A stretch of 31,501 bases of DNA. It comes from Candidatus Shapirobacteria bacterium CG10_big_fil_rev_8_21_14_0_10_48_15. GTDB taxonomy: Bacteria > Patescibacteriota > Microgenomatia > PFEM01. Location: the NCBI GenBank assembly GCA_002793635.1, contig PFEM01000036.1:1-31501 (forward strand), read 5' to 3'. Below are positions 31,114 through 31,501 of this stretch, piece after piece. The notes below the pieces were generated by a model. It had not been told where the DNA came from. It searched no databases and was given only the letters and a program-made list of their open reading frames with translations. The stretch's first letter is position 1. Each line of letters starts with the position of its first letter. The position numbers and the translations under genes were made by a program.

Positions 31114-31501
31114 GAAAAAAGGCTTTTTTGGACTCCAGTGTTTTGTTCACGGCGGTCAACTCGTTGAGCGGCGGTTCGGCCAAGCTGTTTACTCTCAAAA
31201 ACCTCCAATTGACAACTTCGCCATTGGTGTTAACCGAAGTGGAAAGAAATGTTCGCCAAAAGTTAGAGAATTATCATCTTAAGAGATTTTTTCTTTTGGT
31301 AAGCAAACTAAAAATTACTGATCAAAGGCCAGATTTAAAGTTAACCAAACAAGCCACTCGGATAATCATTAAAAAGGACGCGGCTATTTTGGCGGAAGCC
31401 AAAAAATCCAAAGCTAATTTTTTGCTTACTTTAGACAAAAAGCATTTCTTGACACTCACTGCCAGAGCTTTTGCAAAACCTCAAAAAATACTCACCCCGA
31501 A
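31089..31501 (+). CDS. PIN-domain (VapC-like) toxin, runs off the window; probable GTG start at 31089
   Basis: Stop-free frame: FLDSSVLFTA...TEVERN...KDAAILAEAKKSKANFLLTLDKKHF...ILTP; overlaps the antitoxin stop. Confidence 0.88.
   Translation, partial: MAKRRSALRKKAFLDSSVLFTAVNSLSGGSAKLFTLKNLQLTTSPLVLTEVERNVRQKLENYHLKRFFLLVSKLKITDQRPDLKLTKQATRIIIKKDAAILAEAKKSKANFLLTLDKKHFLTLTARAFAKPQKILTP

Noticed and set aside
1-31501. Alternative genetic code (TGA = Gly, as in Gracilibacteria)
   Set aside because: Conserved genes are full length in code 11 and several end at TGA with coupled downstream starts.

Overview
A chromosomal window from a low-GC, small-genome bacterium. Its gene set (DUF2298, LCP, FemAB-like pair, sortase, TrpR/YerC, many GT-C glycosyltransferases, PEGA-SH3, M23, Phd/PIN) and near-absence of Shine-Dalgarno sites suggest Patescibacteria/CPR, probably Microgenomates (inference); standard genetic code 11. 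The backbone has two UvrD-family helicases (one fused to a PD-(D/E)XK/Fe-S nuclease), rmuC, metG, groES/groEL, tRNA-Cys and a large cell-envelope glycosylation/anchoring cluster. No CRISPR array, transposase, integrase or reverse transcriptase is visible. Three layers of unexplained structure stand out. (1) A polar 9-bp-unit element, CCCCTYG-[RTYAACTYG]n-AACTCCG, sits in frame in three unrelated genes, in both orientations and different reading frames, alongside 7-bp, 8-bp and palindromic insertions. (2) Three self-contained minus-strand ORFan modules (about 6870-7433, 14737-15977, 30239-30687) each have their own promoter, a strong SD and a long 3' hairpin; one is bounded by a 14-bp inverted repeat and two encode proteins with a VEVTR(I/V)VE motif that I associate with Chloroflexota. 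(3) Several candidate structured leaders or small RNAs, a non-CIRCE operator at groES, and a decayed PIN toxin gene after tRNA-Cys. All assignments come from reading motifs by eye; no database searches or folding programs were run.
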